This document shows, in pieces, positions 52,901 through 61,900 of a DNA stretch of 64,000 nucleotides (its first letter is position 1; each line of letters opens with the position of its first letter). Under the pieces are notes generated by a model. The model saw nothing but the letters and a program-made list of their open reading frames with translations, was not told the origin of the DNA and ran no database searches. The translations under genes and the position numbers were made by a program. This stretch comes from Phoronis australis (taxonomy: Eukaryota > Animalia > Phoronida). The stretch covers positions 173,258 through 237,257 of the forward strand of contig NMRA01000351.1 in the NCBI GenBank assembly GCA_002633005.1, in the 5' to 3' direction.

Positions 52901-55900
52901 CGATCCATGCACCCGGTGCACGTGCGAAAGTCGACAGAAAACTCAGTGCGTTAAAACTCAGTGTCCTCAGATCACATGTCAACCTGGCTACGTGCCCCAT
53001 CGTCGCCTTAACACTTGCTGTGAAGTATGCAGTAAGTAAACGTCCAGCTGCTTAATTCATCGAGTGTTTATCGTTTATTCATTTACTTGCACCAACAACA
53101 CTGTTCAACTTTTTGATGGTACTATGCACCGTGGTGTCAGCAAATGAAAGGCGCACGTCATGGTCATATGTAGTTTCGAAAAACAAAACGGATACAGAAA
53201 ATGTTTACAATGACATCTTGACTTTTACTCTTTTGCTTAGAACTCTCGACCGTCGGATCCATGTCGACGAACATTGCCGCTTGAGGACGGTTGCGCAATG
53301 CCACAAGTTATTGAGGCAATCACTGTCCAGGTATTGGGTAGAGCAAGTCCTTCAAAGATACGGGATCGGCATAAGGACGAACTTTAATACTTGATTTCAC
53401 AAGAGTTTTTCTTAACCATTTTAGACACTGCAGACTATACAAACCCACCACTGAAAACGTTCGCATTGTTTGTATGACAAATATGACGGACGAAAAGTGA
53501 AACGTTGATGGTGATAACGATGACGATGACGATGACCACGACGATGCTAGCAGTGGTGGTGAAGATTATGACGATGGTTGTTTATGGTGACGGTTATGAT
53601 GGTGCCGCTCAAAAGCCGTGACAGAATAGCACAGACTCTTTCTGCACCTAAAATACATGTAATATAGAAACTGAATTTCTAGATATCTTTGTGTAAAACT
53701 TTCCATCCTTGGGGAATTTACATGCATGACGATGAAATAACTAAATTCGAGACCCCCAACTTGGGTTTTTGAGCTATTTTAGATAAAACAGCGTGGCAAT
53801 GTCCAATTTGATTTTCTCAAAAGCGCACCAATTTCAAGATCACGATTCCAGACATATCACTCGAAGCTAAATATTTGTCGTGTTGTTGGGATTGTGAAAT
53901 AAGCCGAGATCATATAGTCTACTAAGCGAACTTCCGTCGTTACGTAATGCACCTCGTGGGCGTCGCAGCACTGAAATAAGTGGGAGAACATAGCCCCTCA
54001 CCCCCCTATCGGGTGCGCCACCCATGTCTATGGGCGGCACAGCACTGAAATAAGTGGGAGGGCTATATACCCCCAACCCCCTATGGTGCGCCGCCCATGC
54101 ATCTGCCGGTTGAGTTAAGTCGCCCCTTATCTCAGTTGAAATCTGGGGTTGCCTATTGTAATAAATGACGTAATTGCGGAATTTGATGTCGCGGTATAGT
54201 AACAAAAACTACATGTATAGGCAAAATTTCTAATTTGAAAATAAAATAATAAAATAAATTTTTTTCGAAGTCAATTTCTTAAAACTGATCGGCTGCTTCA
54301 TGGTGTTTTGTCAAACTACATGTATGGCTATTTGGGAGGAACAGGTAGCGAAGATGGCAAGTACATGTAAGAAGATGAAGGGAGCAAATAACGGATTAAT
54401 AGTTTATCGGTACTGCAAAGTCTCTAGAGACCTTCGACTACTCGTTAAACGCGAACGCGCAAGTGTTAGTCACCAGGTATCACAGGTTTACATTCTGTTC
54501 TATTATAGAGATTTGACTATGTGTCAAACGCGAACGCGTGCGTTTGACTGACTGTTTCGCGTTGTGTTACATGTTTTTTCGGCACTTTGCAATGAACTGA
54601 AGGTGGAGGGGTAAACGCAAAATTGATTGAGTTTAGACTGAGAAAGTCTTGTTTTGCAATGAACAGGGCGTCATGGCCCACTTCTGTTCCCCCGACTACG
54701 CCAGTTGCTTCTGGGTGCCAGAAAGGGATGCGGATACGGAAAATAGGTGGCGACTGAGGAGGGGGGTAGGGGAGGTGGAGACCGGAAGTGATAAGTGATC
54801 GGGGTTCCATCATTACATTCTATCACCCATCAGTGTAGCAATCATTATTACATTTAAATAAACTCTAAACTGTTTTTTACTAAAAGTTTTGTGTTTAATG
54901 CACAAACGCTCAATTATTCCTGTTTGCTTTGAATATTTCTAATGAAAGAATTCCTCCCATTTTTCTCCCGCTGCTTCCTTGCGTGTACTCTAGGGGAAAA
55001 GAAACACGCAGGTATCATTTAATTTTCCCCGCGAATTTTTTTCCATCGGCGTTTCGGTTTGACTGGTCGAATTGTCAACAGGAAGCGCTTTACGTAAACA
55101 AACTGGGATAGGTGATTGAGGTAGTGTCAACGTGGATATAGTTTGTGGTCTGTTGCACAGACAAATTGGTGCTTAATCGGGATACGTTCAAGAAATATGA
55201 ATCGGGAAGTTGTGGTTGTGCCTCTTTGGTGTGCATTTTTCTACTGTTGTTCACTTTTGTTTACGTTTCTGCCTTGTTTTCACACAGTATGATGAATAAC
55301 ACACCGGTTAAATCGGCCACGCGGATATTAAGCATTACTGCAGAAACGAAATAGTCGCAGTATATGGAGAAAACTTGGTTCGCAAAGATGTTGACAAGGC
55401 TAAAAATCGTTCAGAGTCTGACATTTTGTTGTGAAGCTAACCAAGGCCTGACAACCAGTGATAAAACGTGTGCTGCTGAATGATACCTGAGTATGCCCTT
55501 TCCCTAGATGACACTCATGGAACCAGTGAGGAGATTTCTGTCATCTATTATCACGTGATTACTGTGGTTTTCTGGTGAGAAAAATGAGAAACACGACGAG
55601 AGCTTCAGATGATATTTCAAACATGTAACCCGGCGAGAAAGACACATTTACCAAAAAAGTAACATAATCATCTACTGGATTGCTAATTTTTTTTAAAACC
55701 ATTACAAGTTACAAATATTGAACGATTTTTTACATTAATTTGGCTATTAAAACTCACATTATCCATTTACGCAAGATCAACTCTCTCCACGTTACTGTCC
55801 GTGTGGCGGGATTGAATGCGAAAATATAGGTCAACATTGTGACGTAATAAATAAAGAATGTCGGCGTCACACGTTCGCGTTTGCGTTCAACATGTAGCCG

Positions 55901-58900
55901 AAGCTATCTAATGCTACCTGGTTAGTTGCGTAAGGCTCCGTGATTTACCAAATTCTGACTATAAAAGGGATTAAATGACCTTTAATGTTTCATGTTTGAT
56001 CATTGTTTTCAGAGAAATTTCAGTGTGTGAGTGAAGTGTTCCGATGTGACGGTACCGTTGACTGCCCTTCGGGTGATGATGAAGAGGACTGTCCGTCGAG
56101 TAAGTTTAAACTGCTGAGGTAACTAAATCAACTAAGTTGGTGTGCCTAACTAACCCACTGAGTTTCAAAAACACATTTTCAGAAATACAGAGCGATATAG
56201 TGCAGTTGCATGAAACAGACACCCGATGAAGACGTGTGCACATTCACCACAGGCAGTCTGGTTTATAGAGGACTTAGATCACAACCCTTTGGGACAACTT
56301 GGAAATGATAGTGAACCCCTTTTTAACCTGTCGAAGAAGTATTTGCGACGGAGTCAGCTTTATCTTAGAATCAATCACTGTTTTAAGTTGTTACCGACAT
56401 AAATCCTAAAGAGTTTGGGGCAGGTTTGAGAACTCTTTATAAAATATGTCACCTGAGTGCTCGAGGTCTACTCTTTGTGCTCGAAATAGAAATTAATTTC
56501 GACGTTTTCCTTTTACTTTATTTTGAACTCAAGATAAGTGTTGATTATTCTGTGTTTGGGTATATATAATAGTTTGTTTGGCTGACTGTTTAATCAGCTG
56601 ATGTGATGCCATCAGCATAACAGCTATAAGTTTGAATATGAACCCGAAGTCGAGTACACTCGAGATCTTTTAAACGCTTTAATTCGAGTTTCTAGTCCAA
56701 GTCACCAAGTGCGAATTTAGACTAAATATCCGTCTCCGTAAACCATATTAAACTACAACATAAAACACTTATCTTACGTAATAAAGTATAATGGAAAATG
56801 CCAAAAGAAAAACTGCGTTCGATATTTACTAAAAAGATTAAACTATGGGCCCTGGTAAATCGCGGTTTGGAGAAGTTGACAAGGGAAATGTGTGCGATCG
56901 CAGAATTCTGCAGTAAGGAAATGGGTTTGCTCATATTGTTTGCACAATAACAAGGTCAGAAGTAGGGGCACGTTCCGTAACGTAAAGCACTCGCAAATCA
57001 CTAGTAGCCAAACATTTTAGCTTACGGAACACAAGTAGCTTGTTTACGTGTAGTAGTTAATTTCTCGTAATTTAACATTCACGCCTCACCGATTAATCAC
57101 CTCAGAGGCGGACATTTTTCTAGTGTAATCTAAATGACCGTGAATCTCCAAAAATAGGCCAATGAGCGGGTACTAGGGAAACGATCTTTACAAAACCTGA
57201 AATGTTCGTATTTTCGGAAGGGGTATACTTTTCTAAAACTATTGTTAAAACTGTCCTTCACGCTGTGCTAGTACGAATAGTTACCAACAAATTCACCTAT
57301 TATTTCGTTAAATGGTAAGCACAATCCCAATTTTTAAAAGTCTTGCCAAAATAAACAAAACTGTACATCAAAACATTACTACACACGTATTTTAGCACAT
57401 CAGAATTTCAAAACAAAGAAAATTCGCCAATGGACGTAATTTATTAAATTTCCGGAAAGGCCCATGGTAGGCCTATTTTCAGAAATTCCTGGTAGCAAGA
57501 TCGAAAGCTTACTACAGCAAGACGTAAGCGTTCTTCACCCCGGACACAACTTAGACTGAAATCATCAGATCATAGCTAAGCAGATCATTTTAGTTTAAAT
57601 TTGGCACTCGGTTTCGTCAACCAAGCTTATCGGAGCACTGGTGATATTTTATTGAGTACGTTTGCTTCTGTCTCAGTCACACCGCCGCCATCTCAGAGGT
57701 GTTACGATCCTGTTATGGAGGAATATGTATCGAGTTGCTTTGGCTACGTCAACAGAACTTGCCACTCTTTGGGGAACACAAAAGTCAGTCTATTTGATCG
57801 TGGTTGCTGCAATTGTCGCAAAGGTGAGTAGGCAAAAAACGTGGAATAGCGAACTCAAAAAGCAACTTTGTTTGACCCAGTTTTAAATAATTGCGGTGGA
57901 GTGATAAAGATTGACCTAGTTGGAAAAGACGAATCGCTATTCTTCTCATTCTCGGAGATTTTGCCAAGGTTGACGTGAATCGCAGCCACAGCAGTGGCCA
58001 TTTGACACCTGGTAAAACTTTGCCACTTGGCAAGTTAGGCATGTTTCATTGAAACGGAATTACAGTAGCTTTCAAAATAAACGGCACAACGTTGAAATTC
58101 GACAATTTCGGTGCACAAATCCGCGGCTAGATATTCCTTCATTTCCGATTATAATCCGTATTAATTTTGGCTCTATCTCGACAAAATTTCAAAAGGTGTT
58201 GTTCCATAGGCGCATTAACATCACATTGAATTTTAACAGATGTTCGACAAAAATATGTTTGTAGGCACGAAGAATCGACATAAATGCCAAATGGTTCTTG
58301 CAAGTTGTTGTCCAAGTTTGGCGAAATCTGGCAGAGTCCAGACGAAGTTTATTTAAAAACTGCCGTATGCCTACTAAAATATTGTCCTTAAAGAAAGGTC
58401 TGCTTGTCACCATGCTAGGAAACCTTACACTTAACAGAGCCAAGAGTCCCTTTTCTGAGGAGCTACACCATTGCATATCCTACCTGTCGAACAAAAGCGT
58501 TTTGTTCCACTAAAATGTTTCATCCTCGGATGTCGTTTTGTGCTTCAATTCAGTGACTTTTATGAGTCTTTAAATGGCGAGTTTCAGGTGAAATCTGCCG
58601 GCTTTCTTAATGCATGATTTCCCTGAACATGTGTTTGGTGCCGTTTTTGAAGACAATTACTAAATCCGGAACGGTTATCTCGCGCATTAGAAAAGTGTAT
58701 CTTCTGGATTCATGACAGTAGTCATTATAATTTAAGTATATGTCTTGCAGGAGCGTCATATGATGGGGAAAAGTGTGTAAGAGACGATCAGTGTCCCTGC
58801 GTAGACAGCCGTGGAAACATACGACAGGTATAATACCTTGTAAATACATTATCTCATCAAGTGTTCAACATCTCTTCCATAATTGCTGGTGAGATGCTTT

Positions 58901-61900
58901 TCAACGTGTATAGAAAGTGGAGTACGTTTACTTATGTGGAAATGCAAGTGTTGTTTACGTTACCTTATCCGTATACAACAGTACAGGTCGTATACAACTT
59001 ACGGTAGAAGCCGTATTTCACGGTTGGTAAGCAGTCTCCTGGTGGAGTAAATTCGCGTGTACAACACCATATTTGATTGAGCTCGTTCCTAAATCATCGA
59101 TCCAAGGCATCGTTCCTGAAAAAACAGTTTTACTACTCTATAAACAGAAAATATTTATCGACGAAAACTGTATATTTCACAAACTGAAAATTCTTATACA
59201 TTTATTATGACATAAAACTTTCCTGGTTATTCAGCACTTTCACAGATAACCTTGTCTCTAAACCGACGAGGGAACCATGCTTGGCATACATATGACGTCG
59301 TATAACAGCATAACAACAAGCCGAAGCACACAGCAACAAGATATTGCTGCGATGATTCAAATAAGTTCACATAAATGTGATTATCAGGTTATCCAAACAC
59401 GTAGTCTCCGTCTCTTTGGGACACTCCCAGATGAAATGAATTCTCGATAAGATGTAGCTGTAGTATATATTCACTTAGAACTAAGTTATTTACAGGGAAT
59501 TTCGACGTAATATCGAGATTGTGTTTTTACTGACACAATGGTCTCACGCAGCGTACCTAGACTCTCCCTCACTGGTAGCGTAAAATTCCTTACCTCACGT
59601 TGTGCAAATGAGCACAGTTCCCGCCCATATTTTCCAGTGCTGTGATCAACACGAAGGAGCTAAGACACGAAAATAGACATAGAAAACTGAACAACTGTTT
59701 AATTAATGTTTTAAATTTTATGTTCCGGGATGGATTGCGTCTAAGTTTCCGACGAGCTTTTAATGTTATTGAATGGTTCATTGTCTTAAGTTGCATATTT
59801 CTCAAACTGATTTTTTTATACATTTATTGTGAAAGACAACTTTACTAGTTCTTCAACATCAAGCGGGTACGCCTGGCATATACTGTGTACAATATAACGT
59901 TAGGTATCAACTAACAAGCCAAAACACATGGCAACAAGATATTGCCGCGATGCAAATGAGTTCCTATATATATATGGGATAAACAGATTATGCTCCATAC
60001 ATAGGAATACTACTGCAATCTCGAATTTCCTTCATCTGGGAATGCTTTCGATTTCGTTGGGACATTTGCAGATGAAATGAATTCTCGAATGATAGGATAT
60101 GGCAGTAGTATTCCTGTGTATGTGGAATAACCTACATTTGTATTTACTGTTTCTTAAGAACGCTGTCCCAACAGAATTTCTCATTCGTCGCCCAAATCGA
60201 TTTTTACTAGATATTGCCGCATGCACGCAATCGAAAACAGGTATGTCAAAGTAAAAACTACGAAACGATGGTCGTCACTTGTTATTTTATAACTCTTAGC
60301 CTAAATTCCTAAATTTCTAGAGTAAAAATAGCATAGAGTAGCCTATCTCCAGTTGCCCAGTTTTGTATCATGTGAATGATGTTGCATGTTGATGACGGCC
60401 GTGACATCGTTAGCGCCACCTTTGAATGGGAATTGTCAAGTTATGCATCGTGAATTTGCATATGCTTATGTCTTACAGCCTCTGGATATATGGCCATCCT
60501 ATACAGACCCTGACTGCACACAGCACACGTGCATTGATAACAGAATTGATACGGAGGATGAGTCGCCAAATTGTCCAATATTATTCTGCCCCGCGGTAAG
60601 AATACGTCAAATATGTCTTTCATCTTTAAAATGAAATCAACCGTTTCTAAGACAGTTACTGCTCAGTTACACATTTTAGGTGAATTTGCTATTATCTACT
60701 GTTTATAATCGGCTAATTCGACAACTGATCCTGTGGACCTTTAACATTGTAATGCATTTATTTATCTACTTTGTTTAATCAATGTATTGATTTCTTTAGC
60801 TTATTTTGTTATTGATGACATACATGTATTGTTTTTGCTTACACTTAGCTAATACTTTACATCTCGCGAATCACCTGCCTGCACTTCATGTATACGTTTC
60901 TGTTGCTTTAAACACATCTACGGGTGAGGTATATTTCCGACTACAGCATATATATATACGTGTTTCTTTCTTTTCCTGTAGTAATCTGTTTTTCCTAAAG
61001 TCCAGTGCAGCTTTAAGTAGGTCAACCGGATGTGGCAAACTTCAACACTGGAGTACATTAAAGAGACGTGGAACGCAAAACTCGTCAAAATATCTTTAGA
61101 ACACTTCTTGGCGAAATTACCATCTCACAACATCTACTACACAGTAATTCAATTTCCTCTGTGAGGAAATTTCCAGAAGAAATCACAAAACTTTCGATGT
61201 TTGAGATACGCATGGAGGATAAACTCTGTGGTTACCACAGAGCTTCTAATAACCTTCCCACTTTGATAAATGCGCTCATGCACTCACAATCAGTTGCTTG
61301 AAGTCGCTTGAGGTCAAAGGACACATTTTCCATATAAGGGAAATGTACAACGTCTATGTCTTGCCATACCAAATAAGGAGACGTGCTTTGCCTTGTGGGA
61401 GAAAAGTCGGCGAAGTGGCGAGCAGTTGATAGATCGTGTTTTTTGGAAGTTAAAAACCCAAGAAAATGCTTTGATATCAACAAAAATTAGAAATATTAAC
61501 GACCCTTAAAATACATGGTAAGTAGGCTGAATTTTGTTTCAGTGGCAGAGAACCATTTTCAGTATTGCAAGTTAGTCTGTTTATAGCGTTCCAGGCCTCT
61601 TTAAGTTGATGAAGTCTTCCGTTGGAGCAGTCCATTAGTTTGGAGCAGTCCATTAGTTTGGAGCAGTCCATTTGTTTCACGCTTTTATGATGTGTAATTA
61701 GGAACACTAATTCATCAGTCGTTTTAAACGCCAATCCAAAGAGTTCCACCAAATGAACAGAAACAATATTTTTGAAAATGGCGTACAAATCACCAAATGG
61801 TCTGAAAAATAAACCGTTATGTCAAAAATCGTTTTTGGTTTTCGTCTGTACTCCGACTCGTTTTGAGAACCGTGCTCACGTACTAAAACAACAAAAAAAA

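Noticed and set aside
52551-53055. Overlapping ORFs on both strands in intron 28
   Set aside because: No domain signature or phase-compatible splice sites recognised; possibly a decayed repeat
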